A stretch of DNA of 64,000 nt from Phycisphaerae bacterium (GCA_018055905.1 JAGPGT010000001.1:1075-65074); one strand, 5' to 3'. Shown: positions 9,382 through 18,336, counted from the first letter of the stretch. Notes: a model not told the origin generated them from the letters alone. A program made the numbers and translations.

Positions 9382-10428
9382 ATGGCGAAATCGTATGTTT
9401 GTGAAGCTCCGGCGGTTCGTCGAAAGTGGGCTGTGTTGTTCACCTGTATTGGCAGACGTGTTTCGCTGCTTCGCAGTTTCCAGAAGGCAGCGAGGGAGCT
9501 TCGTCTGAGGGTTCTTTTCTGCGGCACCGACATCGACAAGCACAGTCCGGCGCTTCAATTGTGCGACGAAGCGTTGTTGGTGTCGCGAACGACCGAACCC
9601 GAGTATATCGATCAACTTCTGGCTATCGTTCGCAGGTTTGGAGTAAACCTGCTGGTGCCGACCGTGGATCTGGATCTTCGGCTCTTGGCCAAGAACAAGG
9701 CCCGATTCGCAGAACGGGGGTGCCGTGTACTGGTGTCAAATCCCGACGTGATCGACATTTGTCAGGACAAGCGGTTGACGTTCGAATTTCTGACCCGAAA
9801 CGGTTTCGACAGCCCAAGGACGCAGAGCGTCCGGGCCGCCTTGGCCGCCGACCGGCGGGGGGAATTGGTTTGGCCGTGTTTCCTGAAGCGATCGGACGGT
9901 TACGCCGGACTTGACAACGCGGTGGTGCATGACCGAAGTGAACTTCGTTTTTTCGCCAGGCGAATCCTTAATCCCCTCTGTCAGGAGTTCGTCGAAGGCA
10001 GGGAATACACATGTGATGTCTATGTGGATTTCGATATGCGCGTCCGGTGCGTTGTTCCCCGCCTGCGGATGGAGATCCGTTCGGGCGAGGTCAGCAAGGG
10101 ACGGGTCGTCAGAGACCCTCGCATCATGACTCCAGCCGGACGCGTGGTCGAATTGTTGGGAGCCGGCCCCGGCGTCATCACGGTCCAACTGTTCGTGACG
10201 GAAGACGGCCGACTTCGATTCAATGAGGTCAATCCTCGCTTCGGCGGAGGGGCCCCCCTGTCGATCCAGGCGGGCGCGAATTTCCCCAAGTGGATTCTTC
10301 AGGAACTGACGGGCAGACGGCCACAGATCGATCCGCAAGGATTCGAGGACGGCCTCACGATGCTCCGCTACGACGACGAGGTCTGGGCCCGTGATGGGCA
10401 ACTCAAAGGAACGAAGGTCGAAATGTGA
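9382..10428 (+). CDS. ATP-grasp domain ligase (carbamoyl-phosphate-synthase L-chain-like), substrate unknown
   Basis: Pre-ATP-grasp and ATP-grasp layout: VLFTCIGRRVSLLRSF..., LLVPTVDLDL, ICQDKRLTFEFL, EFVEGREYTCDV, FNEVNPRFGGG. Divergent from the NusG-paralog operon. Confidence 0.75.
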   Translation: MAKSYVCEAPAVRRKWAVLFTCIGRRVSLLRSFQKAARELRLRVLFCGTDIDKHSPALQLCDEALLVSRTTEPEYIDQLLAIVRRFGVNLLVPTVDLDLRLLAKNKARFAERGCRVLVSNPDVIDICQDKRLTFEFLTRNGFDSPRTQSVRAALAADRRGELVWPCFLKRSDGYAGLDNAVVHDRSELRFFARRILNPLCQEFVEGREYTCDVYVDFDMRVRCVVPRLRMEIRSGEVSKGRVVRDPRIMTPAGRVVELLGAGPGVITVQLFVTEDGRLRFNEVNPRFGGGAPLSIQAGANFPKWILQELTGRRPQIDPQGFEDGLTMLRYDDEVWARDGQLKGTKVEM

Positions 10429-10514
10429 TGTCGTATGGTTGAAGTCGGAGGCTGTGAGTCTGACGGAGGTTCGTCTGCTACTTCAGGCTTCACACATCAG
10501 ACTTTCAACTTCCT

Positions 10515-11471
10515 TCAAATCGTCACCACCAGATATTCGGTCTGGCGGTCGAACCGCATCGTTCCCTCAAACGCCGCGGGAATGATCAGGCTGTCGCCTG
10601 CGGAGAACTCCACCGGCGCAGCTTGGCGGGACAGAATGGTACCGTTGCCGCTTAGGACGATCACCACGCGCATAACACCGCGAGAGAAAAAGACCTCGCC
10701 GCCTTCGGCCCGGTTCCCCTTGTCCACCTTGAAGTGGTCGCAATCGACGAGCCTACCGACCTTCGTGACAGGCAGCTTGTCGGGCGTCACGTCGAAATGG
10801 ATGCTCTCCAAGGCCTCTTCGATGTGGAGTTGCCTGGGTTTGCCTGAATCGTCCACGCGGTTCCAGTCGAAGACGCGATACGTTGTGTCCGAAGGTGTTT
10901 GGATCTCCGCGATCACAAGGCCGGCCCCGATCGCATGGGCCGTTCCTGGGGGGATGAAGTGGCACTCGCCCACCGAGACAGGAACCTCCGCCAGCAGATC
11001 CGCCGCAGTTCCATCGCGGATCGCGGCGGCGAATCGGTCTCTGACGAGCGGTTTCTTGAATCCCTTGTAGATGACTGCGCCCGGTCGGGCCTGGATCACG
11101 TACCAGCACTCGGTCTTCATGTCGCCTCTGCCCGTCCGTCGGCAGGTCTCAGCGTCCGGATGCACCTGCACGCTAAGGACCTGCCGGGCGTCAAGGAATT
11201 TGATCAACAAAGGAAACGGCTCGGAAAAACCTTTGGGACCGACAATGCCTTCGGCGTGTTGACGAACAACCGAACCCAATGTCTGCCCCTGGAACGGTCC
11301 ATTGCCGATGGTGGATTTGCCCTCAGGCAAGTCGGCGACCTCCCAACTCTCCCCGATTCTCTCGCCGGGCGGAAGGTTTTTGCCGAACATTTCCTGGAGT
11401 ATCCGTCCGCCCCAAATTCGCGATTTGAACACAGGCACCGATTTCAGAGGATACATTTCCATGGGGGACAT
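10515..11471 (-). CDS. manA: Mannose-6-phosphate isomerase, class I (short bacterial type)
   Basis: Close pattern match to Bacillus-type PMI: PVFKSRIWGG, GESWEV, FPLLIKFLDA...LSVQVHPD, KTECWYVI, IPPGTAHAI, EIQTPSDTTYRVFDW. Confidence 0.88.
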   Translation of the reverse strand: MSPMEMYPLKSVPVFKSRIWGGRILQEMFGKNLPPGERIGESWEVADLPEGKSTIGNGPFQGQTLGSVVRQHAEGIVGPKGFSEPFPLLIKFLDARQVLSVQVHPDAETCRRTGRGDMKTECWYVIQARPGAVIYKGFKKPLVRDRFAAAIRDGTAADLLAEVPVSVGECHFIPPGTAHAIGAGLVIAEIQTPSDTTYRVFDWNRVDDSGKPRQLHIEEALESIHFDVTPDKLPVTKVGRLVDCDHFKVDKGNRAEGGEVFFSRGVMRVVIVLSGNGTILSRQAAPVEFSAGDSLIIPAAFEGTMRFDRQTEYLVVTI

Positions 11472-11516
11472 CCTACCCTCTTCTATTTGCGGCGTCCATT
11501 CTGCGGAAGCGTTGGC

Positions 11517-12425
11517 CTACTGCAAGTACGCCTCGATGCCGTCAGCGATGGCATGGGCCAGGCGGTCCCGGAAACGGTCGTCCGCCAGACGGGCGGCGTC
11601 CTGGGGGTTTGACAGGTACCCCAATTCGATCAGGACCGCGGCGCCTTTGCTTTTCATGAGGACGCGGTAATCCTGTTCGCGGATGCCTCGATTGTTCAGG
11701 CCGGTTTTTTCCATGGCCTGGCTGATCGCCTGGGCGGCGCGGTACGACTGGGCGGAGGCACCCGCCGCGACGTAAATGGTGAAACCTTGGGCGCTGCTGC
11801 TGGGCGCCGAGTCACAGTGGATGCTCACGAATAGAGCGGCCTTTTGCCGATTGCCGGTCTCGGCTCGCTCCTCAAGTTCGATGAAGGTGTCTTGCCAGCG
11901 GGTCATGACGACCGGCAGGTTTCGCTGTTCGAGCAGGTTGGCGACCTTCGCGGCCACCCGCAGGTTGATGTCTTTCTCCTTGATGCCGGTAGGACTGATA
12001 GCCCCTGGATCGTGAGCACCGTGCCCGGCGTCGATGATCACGGCGCCTTTGCGGACAGGCGTTGTCGGTGGCTGCGGGAGACCTGTACGGAGGTGCGGGC
12101 GGATCTGCTCGGCCAGCGTCGATGGCACGTGAATTACGCCGTGCTCTTTGATGACGTTTCCGACGGAACCCAAGGGCTTGCCGTTGACGAAGAATCGACC
12201 GTCCGGGTGCGTGAAGACGATCACCGTGTTGGCGGTGTTCTTCATGACGACGAAGGTCTCGTCCCGCTGCTCGATCCGCAGGCCCAATCGAAGGGCCAGT
12301 TGCTCGATAGTTATCGTGTCCTCGCCGATCACCACTCCTGGGGGTCTTCGCTGGGGACCTGGACAGCCGGCGATCACCAACACCAGGGGTATCAATACGA
12401 TCCATATGTGCGTCTTTGTAATCAT
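11517..12425 (-). CDS. N-acetylmuramoyl-L-alanine amidase (Amidase_3), lipoprotein-type signal
   Basis: AVIIDAGHGAHDPGA, EKDINLRVA, LFVSIHCDS, AVLIELGYLSNPQDA. N-terminal LVLVIAGCPG lipobox-like. Confidence 0.85.
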   Translation of the reverse strand: MITKTHIWIVLIPLVLVIAGCPGPQRRPPGVVIGEDTITIEQLALRLGLRIEQRDETFVVMKNTANTVIVFTHPDGRFFVNGKPLGSVGNVIKEHGVIHVPSTLAEQIRPHLRTGLPQPPTTPVRKGAVIIDAGHGAHDPGAISPTGIKEKDINLRVAAKVANLLEQRNLPVVMTRWQDTFIELEERAETGNRQKAALFVSIHCDSAPSSSAQGFTIYVAAGASAQSYRAAQAISQAMEKTGLNNRGIREQDYRVLMKSKGAAVLIELGYLSNPQDAARLADDRFRDRLAHAIADGIEAYLQ

Positions 12426-12517
12426 ATACGGGCTATTATCGGAGATAGGCCTTCCATCGGTTCACATTTCGTTCTGGAATTCCGTCGGTGAACGAAAAAA
12501 GTGGCCGCGGCATCCTC

Positions 12518-13330
12518 TCAGTCTCCCCAGTTGCCCCATTGTGTCCGCCAATTGGCCGCCATGCGGGCGAAGTCAAGAAGGTCCACGAACCCGTCGCGAT
12601 TGCTGTCCGCCCGCTCGCAGAAATCATTCTGCAGGGAGCTTTCGCCCGACAGCCAGTGATAGGCCAGTTGAGCGAGGTCCGCGGGTCCGACTTGGCCGTC
12701 GACAACCAAATCCCCTGCGAGGGGCTCGACATTGAATACGATCGTGATCGGTTCCGACGGTTCGTATTGGTCGCCGTCGTCCAGGGCGTCCACAACCCGA
12801 AAGCTGATCCACCGCAGGGTGGTTCCGCTGGTCGCCTGGTAGGATATGTGGACATGGGAATCCCCTCGCAGGCTGTGGATGGCGCTGTGATCGAAATCCT
12901 GGCCGGGTGCGTCGAGGGTGAACTGGGGGTAATCCTTGTGGACGGCCCGAAGTCCTGGTGACAGATCGACGCATTCGATGATGAACCGATAGTCGACTCC
13001 TGGTGCCCCGACCGGGGCCCAGTTGGGCTCGTAGGTGGTGCTTGAACCGGGATCGATCGCCTGGAACAGGTCGAAGCCGGGTTCGCCAATCCGGTAAGTG
13101 TAGTTCGGGAAGATACTCTTTTGCAGAGGGTAGAACCAGTTGCCATAGGGTGTTTGGCTGCTGTTGCGGTACTTCTGGCTACAATCCAGGAAGAGCGTAC
13201 AGTCGTCGGCCGTTCCTTCGATCCCATCGCGATTGCAGCCGATGATCAGATGGTCGAGGGGGCATTCCGCGCGTACGACACAACCGCACGCCAGCGAGAT
13301 CGTGATGATCACTGTGTACAGGGGTCTCAT
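12518..13330 (-). CDS. Secreted hypothetical protein with C-terminal dockerin/EF-hand-like repeat; paralog of 14175..15104
   Basis: Start placed at MRPLYTVIITISLACG (the upstream part of listed ORF 12518..13549 overlaps the neighbouring gene). C-terminal DSNRDGFVDLLDFARMAANW. Central block HVHISY...ISFRVVD...YEPSEPITIVF parallels HSHLYF...VVLSVHD...[11 protein letters not shown] in 14175..15104. Confidence 0.6.
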   Translation of the reverse strand: MRPLYTVIITISLACGCVVRAECPLDHLIIGCNRDGIEGTADDCTLFLDCSQKYRNSSQTPYGNWFYPLQKSIFPNYTYRIGEPGFDLFQAIDPGSSTTYEPNWAPVGAPGVDYRFIIECVDLSPGLRAVHKDYPQFTLDAPGQDFDHSAIHSLRGDSHVHISYQATSGTTLRWISFRVVDALDDGDQYEPSEPITIVFNVEPLAGDLVVDGQVGPADLAQLAYHWLSGESSLQNDFCERADSNRDGFVDLLDFARMAANWRTQWGNWGD

Positions 13331-13368
13331 ACGTGTTCCTTTCGCATAGATTTTGCCGTCCATCACTC

Positions 13369-14148
13369 CTACGGATTCTCCGGCCATTTCGGAGCCGTTT
13401 CGGGATACCAATTGCAGACGCCGGGGTACTCGTAGGTGTGCTCGAACTTGAGCCCTTCGGCGTGGCCGTCCGCGAACAAGTAGTGCGAGATCCCCTGGTG
13501 GCGATCCCAGGCGATGAATTGCTTGGCGTAGTCCACCGAACCTTCCCACGTCTCCGGATGGATATGGTCGGCCAAGCGGAAGCTCTCGGTGGCCGGGGCT
13601 TCACTGATCCAAATACATGACATCGGCCGCCGGATCGAGTTGACGCAGTTGTAGCGGTTGGGCCCCGCGCCGTAACGATAGCAGATCGGGTCCAACAAGC
13701 TATTGACCGCGAAGCTCGAATACCTCGCGTCTTTTTGCTTGTTCAACGGCTTGTCCCAATCGACAAACTCCTTCCCTTTGTCGCTGGGGCAGCGGAACAG
13801 AAGCTGTTCTTTCGTGTAACGGGTCAGGACCCGTAGCCAGTGGTCGTTCGGCTCGCGGACGTGGCACGAACTGGGCGGCAGGCGGTATCCCGAATCGGGC
13901 AAATACGTCTGCAACGCAATGCCCATTTGTCGCAGGTTGCTCCGGCACGCGATCTTCTGCGCCTGCTTTCTCGCCCGATTCAGCGACGGCAACAGGACTC
14001 CCATTAGAATTGCGATGATCGAGATGACCACCAGCAGCTCGATCAGCGTGAAGGCCCCGTAGCTCTGGCGATTGTGCCCTCCGGGGCGCCCAAGGACACC
14101 CCGGAGGTTTCTCCGCCACCGCTCCAATTGGCATGGATTCCTTCTCAT
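13369..14148 (-). CDS. Prepilin-type N-terminal cleavage/methylation domain protein, DUF1559 / H-X9-DG family
   Basis: Type IV pilin-like leader ...[27 protein letters not shown] and C-terminal H-X9-DG motif ([12 protein letters not shown]). This family is hugely expanded in Planctomycetota. Confidence 0.85.
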   Translation of the reverse strand: MRRNPCQLERWRRNLRGVLGRPGGHNRQSYGAFTLIELLVVISIIAILMGVLLPSLNRARKQAQKIACRSNLRQMGIALQTYLPDSGYRLPPSSCHVREPNDHWLRVLTRYTKEQLLFRCPSDKGKEFVDWDKPLNKQKDARYSSFAVNSLLDPICYRYGAGPNRYNCVNSIRRPMSCIWISEAPATESFRLADHIHPETWEGSVDYAKQFIAWDRHQGISHYLFADGHAEGLKFEHTYEYPGVCNWYPETAPKWPENP

Positions 14149-14174
14149 GACGAGTTCCCTTCGAACCGAGGTTC

Positions 14175-15104
14175 TCAGTGCTCGTGGTCGTGTTCATGCT
14201 CGTCGTGATCGTGTTGTCCCGGATCCTGGAAGCTGTAGATTCCGGACAGCCCCCAGTTCTCCATCACGATCCTGAGGTCCTTGATGTCCACGATTCCGTC
14301 GTTGTTCACGTCGCCTACGATGGGCTGGACGACCGTCTTGGCGAAGCGGATCGTGACGTCCGCGGATCGCTGGTACCGGCCGCCAGTGTCGTGGACAGAG
14401 AGAACGACGTAGACTTCGTTGTCCGTTTCGTCGAGCCAGAAGTAGAAATACAGATGGCTGTGAATCCCCCAGGCGTTCTCGTCCTTGAGCCATCTCTTGG
14501 GGAACGTGTAGGTCTGGCCATCGGCCTGAAGGACCGGCGTGTCGTCGGATTGCAGCATGAAGAAGTCGTCCGCGTCGAGATTGCCGCTGACTCGCTCTCG
14601 CCGCAGTTGGATGCTCCAGGCAGGTACGCTGTTCGGGTCGCCTGCTTCGAGATTCCACGCTCCCTGCGGGCCGAACGCGGAACTCCATCCGTTCAGGTGT
14701 AGCGCGCCCGTAGGATCGCCGTAACCGTTGGCCCTGCTGTAAAGGAAATTGCAGGTGTACAGCTCCTTGCTCGGGTCGTCCGGCTTGGTTACGTGCTGAC
14801 CGTCCTCGTGGACGGGCGACAGGACGAGAAACGTGTTTCCGTTGCTGTGCTCCCAGTGGGGCCAGCCGGGCGTTGCGGCCATGTGTGTCGGTGGCATCGA
14901 GAACAGCCAGAGCTTGCTGTCGTCGGTCGGGTCCGAATCGATGGAATCTTCGTCGGGCCGGCTCCACTCCGCGGGTCGCCAAGTGGGGTTGATGCCGATG
15001 TGGAAGTGGGCCACGGCGTCGCCGTGCCCCTGTGCCTGCACGGTTCGTGAGAAAGCTGCCGCCAGCATCAAGGTTGCGGCAGTGATTAAGGACAGTGTCT
15101 TCAT
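14175..15104 (-). CDS. Secreted His-rich protein with dockerin-like repeat
   Basis: AAGGAG 9 nt upstream of the ATG. Signal peptide [19 protein letters not shown]. Mature N-terminus [10 protein letters not shown], dockerin-like [15 protein letters not shown]-terminal tail [16 protein letters not shown]. Confidence 0.7.
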   Translation of the reverse strand: MKTLSLITAATLMLAAAFSRTVQAQGHGDAVAHFHIGINPTWRPAEWSRPDEDSIDSDPTDDSKLWLFSMPPTHMAATPGWPHWEHSNGNTFLVLSPVHEDGQHVTKPDDPSKELYTCNFLYSRANGYGDPTGALHLNGWSSAFGPQGAWNLEAGDPNSVPAWSIQLRRERVSGNLDADDFFMLQSDDTPVLQADGQTYTFPKRWLKDENAWGIHSHLYFYFWLDETDNEVYVVLSVHDTGGRYQRSADVTIRFAKTVVQPIVGDVNNDGIVDIKDLRIVMENWGLSGIYSFQDPGQHDHDEHEHDHEH

Positions 15105-15217
15105 TGTGTAGTCTCCTTGTAGTCCTGCTCATATTGCATGTGGGTTCAAGCCTGGGGCTCGACGGTAATCCCCACCGACGCGCGATACGCGTCGGGACGA
15201 GGCGGCGAGAGGGACCC

Positions 15218-15559
15218 CTAGGAACGAACTGAGGGAGTCAGGAAAAAAGGAGGACCGCGAGGCCGGGAGATCTGCGGAAAGCGGTGTTGGATGGGTTCGA
15301 CGAAGACCGGCACGTTCTCGTCGAGAACCAAGATTTGCAGTACCCTTTCGACGGGCGATACCGGAAGTGCTTTTTTCGAGAGGATCAGGAACTGCCGGCA
15401 AATCGAGCACTCAGGGGAGTCCTGACAGTGGGAATGGTCAGAGGTCAAAAGGTGGATCGTCAACAATAACCCGCTCGTCAGGGCAAACACTGCCGCAGCT
15501 GCCGTGACCACCATGACGGTTCGTACCGAGCCGGGAAATTGTCGCGAGTCTATCCGCAC
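15218..15559 (-). CDS. Small membrane-anchored Cys/His-motif protein (DUF2946-like?)
   Basis: GTG start with GGGGAG upstream, 21 nt after the Fur-family gene stop. One TM helix (VMVVTAAAAVFALTSGLLLTIHLL) followed by SDHSHCQDSPECSICRQF. Confidence 0.5.
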   Translation of the reverse strand: MRIDSRQFPGSVRTVMVVTAAAAVFALTSGLLLTIHLLTSDHSHCQDSPECSICRQFLILSKKALPVSPVERVLQILVLDENVPVFVEPIQHRFPQISRPRGPPFFLTPSVRS

Positions 15560-15580
15560 GGCTTATTTCTCCCCACGACG

Positions 15581-16000
15581 CTACGCGCAGGCCGGGCACA
15601 GGCCCTCCAGCCTCACCTGCTGGCGACTGATGACGTACCCTTTCTGGGGGATCTGGGCCATCGGGAATGAGATATCCGTCATACATTGCGTCACACCGCA
15701 GTTGGTGCACGTGAAATGTGGGTGACACTGTTTTTCCGAGCAGTGGTTGGCCAGTTCGAAATGCCAGGCCCGGTTCTGCATGAAAGCCCGATGCACCAGT
15801 CCCGCTTCCGTCAGAGACTCCAGCGTCCGATAGACGGTAACTTTGTTGAGTTTGTGGCTCTCCCCTCGGGCGATCTGATCCTGACGCAGAGGGCCGCCCG
15901 CCTCCAGGAGGACGCGGAGGATCGTCACCCTGGCCTCCGTGCAGTAGAGCTTGGCCTCCTGGAGCATGTGACGGGCTGTGTCCTCAGACTGCTTGCTCAT
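15581..16000 (-). CDS. Fur-family metalloregulator (Zur/Fur/Nur-like; metal specificity unknown)
   Basis: Winged-helix part TEARVTILRVL...VTVYRTLESLTEAGLV. Metal-site residues HFELANH, HPHFTCTNCG, CPAC. Start at MSKQSEDT (ATG 16000), giving an ATGA overlap with the upstream membrane gene. Confidence 0.85.
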   Translation of the reverse strand: MSKQSEDTARHMLQEAKLYCTEARVTILRVLLEAGGPLRQDQIARGESHKLNKVTVYRTLESLTEAGLVHRAFMQNRAWHFELANHCSEKQCHPHFTCTNCGVTQCMTDISFPMAQIPQKGYVISRQQVRLEGLCPACA

Positions 16001-16755
16001 GGGGTCACCTCTGTCGCACGGTCCTGGTGGCAACGACACCCGCAATGCACGTGGGGTAACTTGACGAAAAACATCGGGAACACGATGTCGCTCACGCAGC
16101 AAGGCAGCCATACCGCGATGAACAGAACGACAAAAACGCCGACGAACAGCATAGGCGTCAGTTCGCGATGAGTGTTCATCAAGACGTGGAAGGACGAAGC
16201 CCAAGTGCTGATGAGGATGTGCCCGGCATGGGGAAACTTCGTTCTAGGCCAGAACCAGGCAATGAGAACTCCCAGGATGGCCGCCGGGTTGACGACATAC
16301 CAATCCTCGAGGAAACCAAGGTGGATGTGCGGCTTGCCTGTATGTTCGTGACTTTCGTGGTCATGCCAAGCGTGGTCGGGATCCGGTTTTGCTTGAGCTG
16401 AGCCGCCGAGTTCGTGCAGGCTTGCGTGGGTCGGTACGGCCACGCCCAGAAAACTTTCCCCCAAGAACGGCAGGATCGAGTCGCTCAGAGTCGCCACGCC
16501 GACCGCTCCAAGATAGCCTACAAGCAGTACGACCAGAAATCCCCGTTTGCTCTCGTGGAGTCGGAAGAGGGAAGCTGTAACGATGGCCGAGAGAGCCACG
16601 TGGGCGGGATGAAACACTTGAAACAACCGTTGACTGATCTGTGGCGAGGCGTCTTTGAACAGCAGCATCGCCAGAATACCGGATACGGCTCCGATCACGG
16701 TGAACGGTGCATGATTCCTCAGCTCCTTCAGGATCGCTTTCAATTTCTCTTGCAT
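15997..16755 (-). CDS. His-rich polytopic membrane protein, putative metal transporter
   Basis: About 6 predicted TM helices. Cytoplasmic/periplasmic loop AKPDPDHAWHDHESHEHTGKPHIH and C-terminal PHVHCGCRCHQD. Translationally coupled to the Fur-family gene. Family assignment (ArsP_2-like?) is uncertain. Confidence 0.6.
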   Translation of the reverse strand: MQEKLKAILKELRNHAPFTVIGAVSGILAMLLFKDASPQISQRLFQVFHPAHVALSAIVTASLFRLHESKRGFLVVLLVGYLGAVGVATLSDSILPFLGESFLGVAVPTHASLHELGGSAQAKPDPDHAWHDHESHEHTGKPHIHLGFLEDWYVVNPAAILGVLIAWFWPRTKFPHAGHILISTWASSFHVLMNTHRELTPMLFVGVFVVLFIAVWLPCCVSDIVFPMFFVKLPHVHCGCRCHQDRATEVTP

Positions 16756-16806
16756 TTTTCTTCCTGTTTCTTTGCGTTCTCATCGGGAGTCTCAACGACG
16801 GGCGAT

Positions 16807-16845
16807 ATTATAATACGCTTGCGCAAGATTTGCAACTAAGTTGCA
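16807..16845 (-). promoter_or_regulatory. Near-consensus promoter TTGCAA-N17-TATAAT with a 15-bp perfect palindrome TGCAACTAAGTTGCA over the -35 box
   Basis: On the minus strand, TATAAT is plus 16807-16812 and TTGCAA is plus 16830-16835, with exactly 17 nt between them. The palindrome spans 16831-16845. Sits between the divergent Fur operon and the CcdA-like gene. Confidence 0.65.
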
Positions 16846-16967
16846 TATTTTTCTTGAGACCCGTTGTTTTGTAGAATTTGCATGGAGCCGGGAAATGCCG
16901 GCAAGAATAGTTCGTCGTAGGGGGGAAATCCCTCTGCAAAGGGGGACTTTTTATCAGAAAATCCGCC

Positions 16968-17711
16968 TTGCGATTTGGTCAAGGCTCGAGGAAAGTGGCC
17001 GTGATTTCAACTTTTCAACCCGTTTCAGGACAGGCTGTGGAAATGACGCTGGGCGCTGCGTTCGTGGCTGGAACCGCGGCTTCGCTGGGATTGTGCGCCG
17101 TGGTCCGCTTGCCGATCATCACGGCCTACATCGCGGGTGCGGCCGATTCGAAACGTCATGGAGTCTTACTCTCTTTCTTGTTCGTGCTGGGCTTGATCTT
17201 CGGTACGGGGTTGCTCGGCTTGACGGCAAGTCTGCATGACGAGGGGTTGCGCCTCATTCTCAGTTGGAACCAGTTCTTGTTTTCGCTCCTGGGCGTGGGT
17301 TTGATCATCACGGGCCTGCTCCTCTCGGGCCTGATCCATCCGCATCTGCTGCCTGCCCGGTGGCAACAGACAATGATGAAACTGGCCAAGACCGGCTCGC
17401 CGGGGGCGTTTCTTCTGGGCTGTGCTTTCGGGGTTCTGCAGACTCCGGCCTGTCCGCACTGTGGGTCGGCGTTTCAGACCCTAATCGACGTGGCCGCCAG
17501 CGGGTCCTCTCTTCATGGATTGTTCTTATTCCTGTTTTTCGCCGGGGGTCAAGGGATCACCCTTTTGGCGGTCGGGGTTCTGACCAGCTTGTTGATGCCC
17601 GACCTGCTTCGCTGGTTGCGGACCCGGATGTGCTCGATCGAGCCAAGAATTCAGTGGCTGTCGGGAAACGTCCTGATGATTCTGGGGATCTACTTTATCA
17701 TTGTTGGTTAA
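16968..17711 (+). CDS. CcdA/DsbD-family thiol-disulfide transfer membrane protein
   Basis: TM1 SLGLCAVVRLPIITAYIAG and later LQTPACPHCG mirror the two conserved Cys-containing helices of CcdA/DsbD_2. Six hydrophobic helices. TTG 16968 as listed; ATG 17043 is the more likely start. Confidence 0.6.
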   Translation: MRFGQGSRKVAVISTFQPVSGQAVEMTLGAAFVAGTAASLGLCAVVRLPIITAYIAGAADSKRHGVLLSFLFVLGLIFGTGLLGLTASLHDEGLRLILSWNQFLFSLLGVGLIITGLLLSGLIHPHLLPARWQQTMMKLAKTGSPGAFLLGCAFGVLQTPACPHCGSAFQTLIDVAASGSSLHGLFLFLFFAGGQGITLLAVGVLTSLLMPDLLRWLRTRMCSIEPRIQWLSGNVLMILGIYFIIVG

Positions 17712-17721
17712 CGGGTGTTCC

Positions 17722-18336
17722 ATGGAAGACCGCCTGATCGTTTATCGCCAACGAAAACAGCGCATCCAGGAGTACAAAGAGATCGCGGCCCGAGGCTGCT
17801 ACAGCTTGATCTTCATTGGGGTCGTTCTCGTTTTGCTCCGACCGGTGATGGTCAATCAGATGCTGGGTTTGGCCGGTGCGTATGCCGGGGCGGGATTGTT
17901 TGCAGAGTCCTTGAGGCAGTGCGATAAAGCATTGCTTATCGACGGCCAGAGCAGCGAGGCCTGGCATCAGTCGGCGCGTATTCACAAGATCCAGGGCGAC
18001 CGCGAGATGGCGTATGGTGCCTACCAGGAAGCGGTCCAGGCGGACCCCCTGAATCGGGCAGCCCACCTGGAGTTGGCCACCTTGTATATCGAGGACGGTC
18101 GTCAACCGTTGGCCATCCCCCACCTTGAGCAGATCCGAAAGCTCGGGCCCGATCGGCCTGTCACGGGCAACCGCTCGCGATTCTCTTACCATCGGGCTTC
18201 GCTGGAGCTTCTGATCTTCTGTTACGAAAAAGAGAAAGATCCAACCAAGCTGGAACTTGTGCTCAAAGAGGCCAAGATTTTCTACCCTGAATGTATTCAG
18301 GAACAGACCGGGTGGACCATTTCCGACAAATCTTGA
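17722..18336 (+). CDS. Membrane-anchored TPR-repeat protein
   Basis: ATG 17722, 11 nt after the CcdA-like stop. One TM helix, then TPR-like repeats (AESLRQCDKALLIDGQSSEAWHQSARIH...AYGAYQEAVQADPLNRAAHLELATLY). Confidence 0.6.
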   Translation: MEDRLIVYRQRKQRIQEYKEIAARGCYSLIFIGVVLVLLRPVMVNQMLGLAGAYAGAGLFAESLRQCDKALLIDGQSSEAWHQSARIHKIQGDREMAYGAYQEAVQADPLNRAAHLELATLYIEDGRQPLAIPHLEQIRKLGPDRPVTGNRSRFSYHRASLELLIFCYEKEKDPTKLELVLKEAKIFYPECIQEQTGWTISDKS

